The notes below the pieces were generated by a model. It was not told where the DNA came from and searched no databases. It worked only from the letters and a program-made list of their open reading frames with translations. From positions 1,004 through 65,003 of the forward strand of contig JAVKSQ010000005.1 in assembly GCA_039583615.1 (NCBI GenBank): a stretch of DNA of 64,000 nt, read 5' to 3'. Position 1 is the stretch's first letter. The number at the start of each line of letters is the position of its first letter. Positions 18,708-28,525 of the stretch are shown here, piece by piece. This DNA is from Acidimicrobiales bacterium. GTDB lineage: Bacteria; Actinomycetota; Acidimicrobiia; Acidimicrobiales; QHCF01. The position numbers and the translations under genes were made by a program.

Positions 18708-19676
18708 TCATCTCGTCAATACGAGATCGGTAAAGGAGATGCCGTCGTAGACGTCGGCCAGCTGGATCAGGTCGCTGGCCGGCAGGCTCACTGCCGATCC
18801 CGACCGCTCCGACGCCCTCACGTCGATGACCAGCCGGTAGTTCTCCGCCACGAGCTGGCAAAGCCTGTCCAACCCGTTGGACCTCCGCAGCCCATAGGGC
18901 CAGAACTCGATGACGGCGGGGATAGGGCGCTCATGCCTCAGGATTGACGATGCCCCCGCCAGCACCTGGGCCTCGTGGCCCTGGACGTCGACCCACAGCA
19001 AGCCGACGGCGGCCGGATCGATACGGCCGTCCTCGACCAGGCTGTCGAGGCGCAGAGTGGCTACCGGGATCGTGTCCCGGGCGTCCTCGCCGAAGCAGCC
19101 GGCCTGGCTGGACGATCCGAGAGATCTCACCCGGTGGTCTCCTGTGCTCTCGCCCGAGAGCTCGAGCAGCTCCTCCCCGTCATGGTCGGAGATGGCCACC
19201 GGATAGGTGTCGACGACATCGTCGAGACCGTTCAAGATCAGGTTGCAGCGAAGTATGGCGTAGTTGGCCGGCGCCGGCTCGAACGCGGCGGCCCTGGCCG
19301 CGCCATAATTCGATATGGCCGGAATTGTCGAGGTGCCCAGGTTGGCGCCAACGTCAAGAAAGGTCCTGGCCTCGAGAAAGCCATGCATACCGGGTAGATC
19401 GTCGATCAGGTTCATGGTCGTAGCCATGAGGTCACGTTCGTAATCGCCAAAGACGAATATGTGCCTACTGACGTGGTCCGTAGTGGTAACAAGGTACCGA
19501 CCATCGCCCCTTTCGACGACTATCATAGGACCCAGTCTCGCCAGGGCGGAGAATCCGTAATGTCGGACTAGGCGGGTAGGACTTCGGTCGTAATAGCGGA
19601 AGTTGCCCCAAAGACGGCGACTGCGAGCAACGAGTGAATTCGGGGCACGACCCACAACGCCAAGCCGTTTGGTCAC
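18708..19676 (-). CDS. FkbM-family methyltransferase
   Basis: Strings FLDVGANLGTSTIP, AAFEPAPANYAILRCNL and WVDVQGHEAQVLAGA support the call. Confidence 0.8.
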   Translation of the reverse strand: MTKRLGVVGRAPNSLVARSRRLWGNFRYYDRSPTRLVRHYGFSALARLGPMIVVERGDGRYLVTTTDHVSRHIFVFGDYERDLMATTMNLIDDLPGMHGFLEARTFLDVGANLGTSTIPAISNYGAARAAAFEPAPANYAILRCNLILNGLDDVVDTYPVAISDHDGEELLELSGESTGDHRVRSLGSSSQAGCFGEDARDTIPVATLRLDSLVEDGRIDPAAVGLLWVDVQGHEAQVLAGASSILRHERPIPAVIEFWPYGLRRSNGLDRLCQLVAENYRLVIDVRASERSGSAVSLPASDLIQLADVYDGISFTDLVLTR

Positions 19677-19776
19677 CCCCTATGCTCCTTTCCTGGGGCG
19701 ACGACCCCGATCGGCGCGGGCCTGCTCTGAGGGCTCCAGCCCGGACCGAGCGGTTCGACGGCTCCATTTGCGCGCC

Positions 19777-20715
19777 ATGGGCTGCCTTGGTATGACGGCG
19801 ACACCCACGACGGGTCGGCCGCCACCAGGGAAAGACATGCTCGCCACTCGGGAACTACCAGCCCGCTACCAGGAGTGGAATCGCCGCTGGCTCGCCCCCC
19901 AGGGCCCCGATGGCCGTACCTGCCTGCCCATCTCGCGCCGGGTGAGTCGCCGACGAGCCCGAGCTCTGGGCCCCTTCGTCTGGCAGCCCAACTCCTCCAC
20001 CCGAGCGTTCGAGTACCCGTGGGCATTCGACACCACCGACGTCGGCCACGGCCAGCGTGTCCTCGAAGTCGGCGGAGGCTTGTCCGGCCTTCAGTTCGTG
20101 CTGGCCATGGCGGGAGCCGAGGTGGTCAACGTCGACCCGTTTGTCTCCTACGGTGGCGACGAGGGCTATAGCCAGGAAGTTGTCTCTTTCCATCGTCGTT
20201 TAAATCGGCTGTGGAATACGTCGGTGTCACTGCGGCCAACCACAATCGGCAACGCCGACCTTCCGTCAGAATTCTTCGACATCGTGTATTGCATCTCTAC
20301 GATCGAGCACCTTGAACGGGAGGCGATACTAGCTATATTGCAGCACGTCAGGCGGGTCCTGGTGCCGGGTGGCCTCTTCGTACTGACGGTGGATCTATTC
20401 TTGAACCTGACTCCATTCACAGATAGGACCCACAACCACTGGGGGACGAATATCTCGGTAGCCTGGTTGCTGGAGAGGTCAGGATTGGAGCTCGAAGCCG
20501 GTGACCCCAGCCAGCTTACAGGCTTTCCAGACTTTGATCCAAGCTCCATCCTGGCCAACTTGGAGCGATTTGCAATAGGGACAGCCTATCCCCAACTGGC
20601 TCAGGCCGCAGTATTGAGGAAAGCTCGAGCAGCGCCGCGACGGCCGGCGGACCTCGGTTACCACGACAGCTCGACCGGCGCCACCGGGTTGGCCCGTTCC
20701 CCCACCACAGTGTAG
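19777..20715 (+). CDS. Class I SAM-dependent methyltransferase
   Basis: Strings VLEVGGGLSGLQFVLAMAGAEVVNVDP, FDIVYCISTIEHL and LVPGGLFVLTVDL support the call. The first ATG after the divergent FkbM start was chosen (19777; alternatives are 19792 or about 19837). The 3' end overlaps the convergent gene by 58 nt. Confidence 0.65.
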   Translation: MGCLGMTATPTTGRPPPGKDMLATRELPARYQEWNRRWLAPQGPDGRTCLPISRRVSRRRARALGPFVWQPNSSTRAFEYPWAFDTTDVGHGQRVLEVGGGLSGLQFVLAMAGAEVVNVDPFVSYGGDEGYSQEVVSFHRRLNRLWNTSVSLRPTTIGNADLPSEFFDIVYCISTIEHLEREAILAILQHVRRVLVPGGLFVLTVDLFLNLTPFTDRTHNHWGTNISVAWLLERSGLELEAGDPSQLTGFPDFDPSSILANLERFAIGTAYPQLAQAAVLRKARAAPRRPADLGYHDSSTGATGLARSPTTV

Positions 20716-21503
20716 AGCAGTGTCTCCCGACCTTGGTAGCCCTGGGTGTGGAAGAGGAGGCGGCGTATGTGGAAGCCGAGCACCTGCAGCATCCGGGCCA
20801 CCGCCCACGGGGTGAGGCGCCACCACGTCTCCCGTGGGTTACCGGCCCGCGGATCGGGCATGAACCCGAGATTGGCGGGCAGGGCGCGGCTGCGGGCCAG
20901 GGGGAGACGGGTCCAGCCGGGCAGGCGGCTGAGGGCGCTGGCCGAGCGGCTGGCCGGCTCGGTGACGATCACCGACTGGCGGGTGAGGTGCAGAGCGCGG
21001 GCGAGGGCGAGAAAGGGGTCTCGTATGTGCAGGAGAACCGATCCCAGCATGGCCACATCGACCGGACCGATGTCCTGGGGTATCTCGTAGACCGAGCCGT
21101 AGACCATGCGAGCATTGGACTCCATCGCGGCGTGGGCGAACCAGAAGCTATTGTTGATCTGCCGCATTCCATGAGCGCGCTCTACGGCGAACGCGGTGGG
21201 TGGTACGCCATTGAACGGCACCAGGTCCCAGCCGTCGGACTCGTCAGAGAGATCGTAGGCAACCACCTCGGCTCCGCGGCGCTCCATCTCGAAGCAGACA
21301 AAGCCGCTGGCGGTACCCACCTCCAGGACGCGCTTGCCCTCGAAGCTGACGCGGCCTAGGTAATCGGCCACTCTATGTCTGAGGTCCCACGGACCTCGCT
21401 GCAAGCCTATTTCCGGCAGGTCCATAGTATGGTAGAAGCGGCAGTCATGAACGCTCTCGACTACCCGGGGCGCGGCATACAGCTGCTGGCGAGGGCGGAT
21501 CAT
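20658..21503 (-). CDS. Class I SAM-dependent methyltransferase
   Basis: Strings KRVLEVGTASGFVCFEMERRGAEVVAYDL and VDVAMLGSVLLHIRDP support the call. Confidence 0.7.
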   Translation of the reverse strand: MIRPRQQLYAAPRVVESVHDCRFYHTMDLPEIGLQRGPWDLRHRVADYLGRVSFEGKRVLEVGTASGFVCFEMERRGAEVVAYDLSDESDGWDLVPFNGVPPTAFAVERAHGMRQINNSFWFAHAAMESNARMVYGSVYEIPQDIGPVDVAMLGSVLLHIRDPFLALARALHLTRQSVIVTEPASRSASALSRLPGWTRLPLARSRALPANLGFMPDPRAGNPRETWWRLTPWAVARMLQVLGFHIRRLLFHTQGYQGRETLLYTVVGERANPVAPVELSW

Positions 21504-21554
21504 CGAGGAAAGCCTAATGCGTCCGAGACCACGATAGTCGCCGGCCCGGGCCGT

Positions 21555-22808
21555 TCAATGGGCGGTGGAAGCACGAGTGATCTCCTCGTACATGGCCAGG
21601 ACTCGCCCGGTGCTGGCGGCGAAGTCATACCTGGCCGCCGCCCATCGCCTGGCCCGCTCTGCGATCACCCTCGCCCGCTCCGGGTGGGTGAGCAGGTCGA
21701 CCACCGACTGGGCCATGGCGGTCGGTTCGACGGTGATCGCCGCAAATGCGCCGGGGCCCGCCTCCTCCACCACCCCCTCGACGGCGATGGGGGTAGCCAC
21801 CACTGGCAGGCCGTAGAGCATGGCCTGGGGGACCTTGAACTTGAGGCCGGCCCCGGCGAGCAGGGGGGCCACGAACACGTCGGCGTCCTCGTACAGCGGA
21901 GCCAGGGAAGGGACGTACCCGGTGACGATCACGTTGCCAGCAGCGCGCGCCTGGAGCAGCTCGGGAGGGTGGGTGCCGGCGATGATGCAACGAGCGTGCG
22001 GGCACCGAGCCTCGACGGACGGCCACACCTGATCGAGGAACCACAGGGCGCTTCGGTAGTTCTCCGGCCGGTCGAAGGCACCGGTCATCAGCACGTTTCG
22101 ACCTTCCCGCCGTGATGCTCGGGCCCGGCTGGGCTCTGCGCTCGGCGCTTGCAGGGGCGGATCGATCACCAGCATCGGTTGGTCCAGGCCCGCCTGGGCG
22201 AGGTGTCGGCGATCCTGGTCCTTGAAGACCAGGGCCGCGTCGGAGCCGGCCATTCGGCCCAGCTCCCAGCGGCGGAACATCTCCAGTGACAGCCCGAAGG
22301 CTCGTTGCTTGAGCCATGAGCGGCGGTCGAGGCTCCGTCGGCGAGCGTCGGCCTGCCAAGGAAGGTCGTAGAGGACGAGGACCACGGGCACGTCGGGGGC
22401 GACGCGCTTGACCGCCCCCAGCACAGCAAGGATGCGCTCTGCCCAGTGCAACTCGATCACGTCCGCCGATCGAAGGTGCTCGGCGGCGGGAGCGAGCATT
22501 GCCTCCAGCTCCTCCCGAGGCGCCCCCAGCGTTCCCCACCGTAGGGCGGCAAGGCCCGGATACGCCCGGATGCAGCCCCGCTGGGCACGGCGGCGGACGG
22601 TTTGCGCCCTGGGGACGCGTAGCAGGCCCATCAAGTGGGCAGCCCCCGGCAGGCAGCTGGTATCGCTCTCGGCGCCGGCCCAGGACAGGCCGAAGAGCGC
22701 TACCTGGTTGTCGGTTCCCAGATGCTCGAGGTGGTGGAGGAGGAACTCCCCCCCGGCGTGGTCCACGCCAGGGTATGTGAGGAAGGGGGAGATGGCGACG
22801 ATGCGCAA
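21555..22808 (-). CDS. Glycosyltransferase, GT4-like (GT-B fold)
   Basis: The C-terminal string VFVAPLLAGAGLKFKVPQAMLYGLPVVATPIAVEG is typical of the GT1/GT4 donor-binding domain. Confidence 0.8.
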   Translation of the reverse strand: MRIVAISPFLTYPGVDHAGGEFLLHHLEHLGTDNQVALFGLSWAGAESDTSCLPGAAHLMGLLRVPRAQTVRRRAQRGCIRAYPGLAALRWGTLGAPREELEAMLAPAAEHLRSADVIELHWAERILAVLGAVKRVAPDVPVVLVLYDLPWQADARRRSLDRRSWLKQRAFGLSLEMFRRWELGRMAGSDAALVFKDQDRRHLAQAGLDQPMLVIDPPLQAPSAEPSRARASRREGRNVLMTGAFDRPENYRSALWFLDQVWPSVEARCPHARCIIAGTHPPELLQARAAGNVIVTGYVPSLAPLYEDADVFVAPLLAGAGLKFKVPQAMLYGLPVVATPIAVEGVVEEAGPGAFAAITVEPTAMAQSVVDLLTHPERARVIAERARRWAAARYDFAASTGRVLAMYEEITRASTAH

Positions 22809-22858
22809 GGGGAGTGCATGCTACCCGAGCGCTTGTCCGGGCCTCGGACCGACGTCGC

Positions 22859-23386
22859 TCAAGGCAGGGGGCGGGCGATGACGGACCTCAGCCGACTCGG
22901 GGAGCCAGCCACGACCGTATAGGGCTCAACGTCGTCGAGGACCAAAGAGCCCACCCCCACGACCGCATGCTCGCCTATTGTGCAGGGGCCGACGACAGTG
23001 ACGTTGGTCGACAGCCAGGCGCCCTCGCCCACTACGACATCGCGGCCTTCCCTCGGCACTGCCACCTGGCGTTGCGGCCCGAACTTGGTGAAGTCGTGAG
23101 TCCCGGTGAGAATGACCACGTTGTGACCGAAGAACGCATAGGGCCCCACGGTAATGGTCCCCGATGACAGGTTGAAGAGCGTGTTGTTCACCACCGAGGT
23201 GGGGTCGAGGCGCAGCCTGCTCGGATCTCCGTAGACCATCGCCCTCGTAAGAAGCGGGTCCACTCCCTGCTCGACAAGTGAGTGGCTGGCCAGGGCCCGC
23301 TCGACCAGGCGGGTCACGGAGCGGCCGATGAGAGGCCAGGCCATCCGGGCGAGCCTGTCGAGAGCTCGTGACATGGTATCTATCAT
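22859..23386 (-). CDS. Left-handed beta-helix (hexapeptide-repeat) acyl/acetyltransferase
   Basis: Hexapeptide strings ITVGPYAFFGHNVVILTG, VVVGEGAWLSTNVTVVGPCTIGEHAVVGVGSLV. The start is ATG at complement of 23384-23386 (MIDTMSRAL), 1 nt after the upstream stop. The track's longer N-terminus overlaps the GT2 gene. Confidence 0.8.
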   Translation of the reverse strand: MIDTMSRALDRLARMAWPLIGRSVTRLVERALASHSLVEQGVDPLLTRAMVYGDPSRLRLDPTSVVNNTLFNLSSGTITVGPYAFFGHNVVILTGTHDFTKFGPQRQVAVPREGRDVVVGEGAWLSTNVTVVGPCTIGEHAVVGVGSLVLDDVEPYTVVAGSPSRLRSVIARPLP

Positions 23387-23387
23387 C

Positions 23388-24329
23388 TCAGGGCGGAGCC
23401 CGGCGTTGAAGGGGCCGTGACCCGCTCTCCTCCGGCCCGGGCCCGGGACATCCGAGACGCCGGAAGGTGAAGTCGACCAGGGCAGACCATCGGATATGAG
23501 CCAGACGGGTTCGATCTGGCTCCCCGGCTGCCAAGTCACGGAAGATCCATGCCAGTGTTCGCACCACTTGGCGTACCCGAAACCAGACGGCTGCATGTTC
23601 AAAGACAAAGACCAGGCGGTTACGGTTATCCAGGTACTGCAAGAGTGGAGAGGGACGGGCGGTGTCATGCCAAGCCTGGGCACTAGGCACACACTCGATG
23701 GCCCAGCCGGCGGCGCCTAGCCGCAGGCAATAGTCGACATCCTCATAATACAGGAAATAGCGCTGATCAAGTAAGCCCACCTGGCGGAACGCTGCTAGCC
23801 TCAGCAGGACGCATGCTCCATCCAACCATTGAGCATCATGCGGGGGACGATCCAGCCAACTATCGATCTCGGGCATTCGAGGATCCACGATGTGCCGTGG
23901 GTCCCACGTGCGAGGGTCGACGAAGCCTCCGGCCGCGTAGAGGCGCTCTGGATCGGCGTGAAGACCGAGCGCGGGACCTACCGCACCGAGACTTGGTCGT
24001 TCCTCCAGTCGCCGGGCCAGCCGCTCCAGGGCACGGGTGCCCAAAGCGCAGTCATGGGTGAGCAGGACAACCGCCTCCAGCCCGCCCCCGGCGTCGGCCA
24101 GGATCCGCAGGCCGGCGTTCATCCCGGCTGAGTACCCAGCATTGTGCGGGAGCTCGAGCACCTCCACCCAGGGAAATGCGGCGCGGATCTCACCCACCGA
24201 CCCGTCGGCTGAGTAGTTATCTACCAATATAACACGGGCGGGCGCAACCGATTGGCTTTGAAGATGCTCCAGACAGGACGCAACTCCGGGCCAAAACCTA
24301 TAGTGGAGGATTACGGCGCCGGTATTCAT
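23388..24329 (-). CDS. Glycosyltransferase family 2
   Basis: Strings AVILHYRFWPG...VILVDNYSADGS and LPHNAGYSAGMNAG support the call. The start is ATG at complement of 24327-24329 (MNTGAVIL). Confidence 0.8.
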   Translation of the reverse strand: MNTGAVILHYRFWPGVASCLEHLQSQSVAPARVILVDNYSADGSVGEIRAAFPWVEVLELPHNAGYSAGMNAGLRILADAGGGLEAVVLLTHDCALGTRALERLARRLEERPSLGAVGPALGLHADPERLYAAGGFVDPRTWDPRHIVDPRMPEIDSWLDRPPHDAQWLDGACVLLRLAAFRQVGLLDQRYFLYYEDVDYCLRLGAAGWAIECVPSAQAWHDTARPSPLLQYLDNRNRLVFVFEHAAVWFRVRQVVRTLAWIFRDLAAGEPDRTRLAHIRWSALVDFTFRRLGCPGPGPEESGSRPLQRRAPP

Positions 24330-24393
24330 GAGGGATCTGGCTGACCTAACCCGGAGCTGGGACCGGCTCGGACCAGACTGTACCATGGTATAA

Positions 24394-25143
24394 GTGGACG
24401 TCATGCGCCATGCTGCGGAGCGGGTCGTGAGCCTGGTGCGGGGGTATCCCTGCGTCCCTCTCCGACGGGCAATCATGCAGGGAAGGGCCAGATGGGTGCA
24501 ACGGCTTCCGCCCCGTGTGAGGCATGCCCTCGATCTTGACGCCGTCCCGACGAACCTCCCGCCCCTCGCCACGCGCTTCTCTGCTCACACCTGGCGGTCG
24601 GTCGATCCTGCCCGAGTGGAGATCGGGGCGGGTCCCCGTCCCACGCCGGGCTACGTGCACGTCGACGCCGACCGGCGGGCCCGCCACGTCGAGCACCTGG
24701 CTCCGGCCTGGAAGCTGCCGTTTCCTGACCATTCGCTCCAGGAGCTGCTGGCCATCCACGTGCTGGAGAACGTTCACCCGACCCGAGTAGGAGAGACTCT
24801 TGTGGAATGGCGGCGGGTCCTTCGCCCGGGTGGTGTCGCTCATGTACAGGTGTACGATGCCGCGAGGATCTTCCGGGCGTTCCTGGGGGGGTCGACCGAC
24901 CTGAAGTGGCTTCTTCTCAGTGCGATATTCGGCTTCGTATCGCCCTACGGCGGCCCTACGGAGCCTCGTCGCGCAAGCGCCTATGACTTCGACCTCCTTC
25001 GAGATTTCCTCTTGGCGGCCGGCTTCGAGAGCGTCACGAACCTTACCGATCCGGAGCCCGGCGGCCGGATCGAGGACTGGGCCGTCCTCACATCTCGCCT
25101 CGACCTGGTGGTGGCGGCCACCGCCGGCCACGCCAGCGCATAG
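24394..25143 (+). CDS. Putative SAM-dependent methyltransferase (Methyltransf_11-like)
   Basis: Strings VEIGAGPRPTPGYVHVD, LLAIHVLENVHP and VLRPGGVAHVQV support the call. The start is GTG 24394 or ATG 24403. Confidence 0.6.
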   Translation: MDVMRHAAERVVSLVRGYPCVPLRRAIMQGRARWVQRLPPRVRHALDLDAVPTNLPPLATRFSAHTWRSVDPARVEIGAGPRPTPGYVHVDADRRARHVEHLAPAWKLPFPDHSLQELLAIHVLENVHPTRVGETLVEWRRVLRPGGVAHVQVYDAARIFRAFLGGSTDLKWLLLSAIFGFVSPYGGPTEPRRASAYDFDLLRDFLLAAGFESVTNLTDPEPGGRIEDWAVLTSRLDLVVAATAGHASA

Positions 25144-25149
25144 CATCCT

Positions 25150-26349
25150 GTGTCGTCCGGTGGTGCGTTCCGAGCCCTGGGCCAGCCGCCAAGGATGACG
25201 TCCCCCGGGATGGTCGCCGGACCCGCCGGAGGAAGCCACCCGGATGGGCGCCTGCGGGTGGGCGTCGACCGGTCGCTGCTGCGACCTGGCCGGGCCAGCG
25301 GGCACGGTCGGGTATGGGGGCAGGTCCTCGCCGGGCTGGCGGCCCATGTCCACCTCCGACCGGTCTCCACCGAAGGCCGAGCCCCGAGCTGGCGAGGCGA
25401 GAGAGGCTGGCAGGAGCCCGACATATGGCTGATCGACGGCCACCGGCCCCTGGCCAGAGACAGTGCCAAGCCCGTCGTCGCGGTTGTCTACGAGGCCGGC
25501 TGGTGCACTCCCTACCTCCGCCGCTTCCTGCATCCGGGTACTGCCCGGTACCTCGACGACAGCACCGACGCCGCCATGAGGGTGGCCGATCATGTGATCA
25601 CGCTCTCCGAGTGGAGCCGGTCACAGGTCATCGAGCGGTACGGCTTGTCGCCCCACCGGGTGCATGCCGTGCCCTTGGGGGTCGATCTCGACACGTTCAG
25701 GCCAGGGCTGGAGGGGGGCGTCGACATCGTGGCGGCCGCCTCCGCCCGCCCGGTGGACCACTATGTGCTCTTCGTGGCCACCATTCACCCGCGCAAGAAC
25801 CTGGCCGGTCTGCGCCAGGCAATGACAGCCCTTGCTCGCCGTGGCTTCTCCCAGTCTCTCGTCCTGGTCGCCGGGGCGATATCCGATTGGCGGGACTCAC
25901 CGGACCTGGAGTGGGTGGCGGAGGCCGACCTACCCGGCGCCACCGGCCACATGGTGCGAGTCCGAGAGCCCAGTGACACCTGCCTGGCGGCCCTGATGGC
26001 CGGAGCCGACGCCTTCTGCCTGCCGAGCTTCTCGGAGGGGTTCGGCCTCACCGCCTTGGAAGCGCTGGCCTGCGGGACGCCCGTGGTCGTCTCCAACCAG
26101 GGCGCGCTGCCCGAGGTGGTGGGGGGCGCCGGGTTGGTGGTCGAGCCTACGCCAGGCTCTCTGGAGAGCGCCCTGGCTCGGATCCTGAGCAGCTCTGACC
26201 TGTCAGACCGCCTGAGGAAGGCCGGGCGCGCCAGAGCGGAGGCGTTCGCCTGGCACCGGACGGTCTCCGGCTGGCTCTCGGTCATGGCCGGGGCGGCCGA
26301 GGATGGGGCCAGGTCCGAGCAACCGAGCACCACCCTGCGTGCTCGGTAG
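25150..26349 (+). CDS. Glycosyltransferase, GT4-like
   Basis: Strings LFVATIHPRKN and FCLPSFSEGFGLTALEALACGTPVVVSNQGALPEVVG (E-x7-E region) support the call. The true start is probably ATG 25195 or 25210, before RLRVGVDRS. Confidence 0.8.
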   Translation: MSSGGAFRALGQPPRMTSPGMVAGPAGGSHPDGRLRVGVDRSLLRPGRASGHGRVWGQVLAGLAAHVHLRPVSTEGRAPSWRGERGWQEPDIWLIDGHRPLARDSAKPVVAVVYEAGWCTPYLRRFLHPGTARYLDDSTDAAMRVADHVITLSEWSRSQVIERYGLSPHRVHAVPLGVDLDTFRPGLEGGVDIVAAASARPVDHYVLFVATIHPRKNLAGLRQAMTALARRGFSQSLVLVAGAISDWRDSPDLEWVAEADLPGATGHMVRVREPSDTCLAALMAGADAFCLPSFSEGFGLTALEALACGTPVVVSNQGALPEVVGGAGLVVEPTPGSLESALARILSSSDLSDRLRKAGRARAEAFAWHRTVSGWLSVMAGAAEDGARSEQPSTTLRAR

Positions 26350-26355
26350 CTGTGG

Positions 26356-27393
26356 TCAGGACCTTGTCGCCACCACTGCCAGCTCTTCGGCTCGGTCTGG
26401 GTTCTGCACGGAGCGGAGGTTCGCCACCAGCGTGGCACCCAGGTTGGCATCGGCGGGATCCCCGTTGTGGCGGGCGATGGCGGTGCTGGCCCCGAACATG
26501 GGGCCGGCATCGAAGGCCACCGGCATCCTCACCCACTGCGAGAAGCCGGCCTGGTGGAGGATCCTGGCCAGCCCACTTGCGGTAAAGAGGGTCAAGTGGC
26601 GGGGAGGCTCCAGCCCCCGCCAGTTCCTGCCATACCGTCGGTGACCGGCGGAGGCCAGGTTGGGAGTGGCGATCCACACCTTGCCGCCGGGTTTGAGGAG
26701 GCGCCAGCAGGATCGCAACAAGTCCACCGGCTGGTGGACATGCTCGATGACGTGGTTGACGGTGATGACGTCAAAGGTGCCCGGAGCGAAGCTGTCCTCG
26801 CCAAAGACCTCGTTGCGAACCGGAAGGCCGGCAGCCACGGCCAATGCCGCCGCCTTGGCATCAGGCTCGATGCCGTCCACCTGCCAACCAGCCGACCGCA
26901 TTTCCAGGAGGAACCGGCCACTGCCACAGCCGATATCGAGCAACCGCCGGGGACCCTCGGGCCGGTCCAGGTACCGTACCCACCGACTGGCCCGCCGCCG
27001 GGTGCCCGGAGCAAGGGCCAGCGCCAGCCCCCCGACCCGCCAACTGGGATTAAACTGATAGCCGTGCCTGCGCCGGAGGTAGCCGTTCCTGAGCGCTCGT
27101 CGCGAGTAGGCGATCATGGTGCTGGGCTCTGCGCAAGATACGTCGGGCGAGCAGTGAGTGAGGTAGGATCGGTAGGCGAAGGAGATGGAGTCGCGGCTGG
27201 GTCGTGGATTGAGATAAGCCGACTCGCACTGGTGGCAAAGGTAGATCTCCCAGCGGTCCGAAGAGCATTGGAACACGTGGTCGAGCAGGGCGGAGTACAA
27301 GGGTGTGCCTTGCTGGCCGCCGCAGGCGGGGCAGCATGTGAGGAGCTCTAAGTCGCCGCCCGCCCACTTGCCCGGGGTCATCGTCTCTTCCAT
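26356..27393 (-). CDS. Class I SAM-dependent methyltransferase with N-terminal Cys4 zinc-ribbon-like segment
   Basis: Strings CCPACGG...CHQCES and RLLDIGCGSGRFLLEM...FDVITVNHVIEHV...LKPGGKVWI support the call. The start is an ATG (MEETMTPG) with GAGGTG upstream. The track start at 27420 is a TTG. Confidence 0.75.
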   Translation of the reverse strand: MEETMTPGKWAGGDLELLTCCPACGGQQGTPLYSALLDHVFQCSSDRWEIYLCHQCESAYLNPRPSRDSISFAYRSYLTHCSPDVSCAEPSTMIAYSRRALRNGYLRRRHGYQFNPSWRVGGLALALAPGTRRRASRWVRYLDRPEGPRRLLDIGCGSGRFLLEMRSAGWQVDGIEPDAKAAALAVAAGLPVRNEVFGEDSFAPGTFDVITVNHVIEHVHQPVDLLRSCWRLLKPGGKVWIATPNLASAGHRRYGRNWRGLEPPRHLTLFTASGLARILHQAGFSQWVRMPVAFDAGPMFGASTAIARHNGDPADANLGATLVANLRSVQNPDRAEELAVVATRS

Positions 27394-27505
27394 GGGGTGC
27401 TCACCTCGGGACCGAACCAACGCAACACGGACGGTCAGCGTCGAGGCTAGCAGCCCTCCACAGACGGGCCTTTCTCGAAGTCAGTCAGTCCCGCACTGAT
27501 CAGGA

Positions 27506-28516
27506 ATGGAGAAAGTGGGTAGCCACTCACCGCTCGTGAGCGTGATAGTTCCCACCTATGACCGCCCAGAGTACCTGGGGCAGGCTCTGGCCAGTGTGCT
27601 GGCGCAGCGCTGCGACGATCTGGAGGTCATCGTCTCGGACGACGCTGGTCCCAACGACATTGGCTCACTGGTCGAGTCATTTGGGGACCGGCGGCTCAAG
27701 TACAGGCGCAATACCACCAACCTGGGAGTGCTGGGCAATACCGTAGCTGCACTGGGCCAGGCCGGGGGAAAATACATCGCCATTCTCAACGACGACGACC
27801 TGTGGGGCCCACTGTTCCTGGAGCGACTGGTGGCCGCCCTGGAGGATAGGGATGATCTCGTCGTCGCCTTTTGCGATCATTATATCATCGACAGTGAGGG
27901 CCGGATCGACGCCGCGGCGACGGAGCGCCGTACTCATGACTACAGCCGGGATCGCCTTAGCCCTGGAGTACACCATCCGTTTGGTGAGATCGCGCTGGTC
28001 AACAGGAGCATAGGTGCCGTCATGGGAGCGGTCTTCCGACGCCGATCCATTGACTGGGCGGCCCTCCCAGCCGAGGCCGGACCCGCCTACGACACATGGA
28101 TCTTGTATCTGGCGGCCAAGAGTGGCCTGGGCGCATGCTATGTCCCTGAGAGACTGACATATTATCGGTACCATACAGGTCAGCAGACCTTTCAGAGCGT
28201 CCTGGACTTCCACCTCGGACTGGTCTTCTGCTACCAGGCCTTCCTCGATGACCAATCGCTGTGGACGATGCATCGCCAGCTTCGAGCGCTCCTGGGTACC
28301 GCCTACGTGGACTGCGGGCTCACCCTGGTGCGGGCCGGAAGGGCCAGGGAGGCCAGAGCCAGCCTGATGCGAGGCCTGTGGCTGGGCCCCGGACCCAGGT
28401 CCGTGGTCGGGCTGCTGCTCACGCTGGGTCCCAGCTGGGCGCCTCGATGGGTGACTCGGGTCGTGCGGACGTCCAAGGGCCTGGCTGGGGCGGGAGGGGT
28501 CGCCGGCCGGGACTAG
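27506..28516 (+). CDS. Glycosyltransferase family 2
   Basis: Strings VSVIVPTYDRPEYLGQALASVLAQ, EVIVSDDAGP and AILNDDDLW support the call. Confidence 0.85.
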   Translation: MEKVGSHSPLVSVIVPTYDRPEYLGQALASVLAQRCDDLEVIVSDDAGPNDIGSLVESFGDRRLKYRRNTTNLGVLGNTVAALGQAGGKYIAILNDDDLWGPLFLERLVAALEDRDDLVVAFCDHYIIDSEGRIDAAATERRTHDYSRDRLSPGVHHPFGEIALVNRSIGAVMGAVFRRRSIDWAALPAEAGPAYDTWILYLAAKSGLGACYVPERLTYYRYHTGQQTFQSVLDFHLGLVFCYQAFLDDQSLWTMHRQLRALLGTAYVDCGLTLVRAGRAREARASLMRGLWLGPGPRSVVGLLLTLGPSWAPRWVTRVVRTSKGLAGAGGVAGRD

Positions 28517-28525
28517 GTTGTCCGG

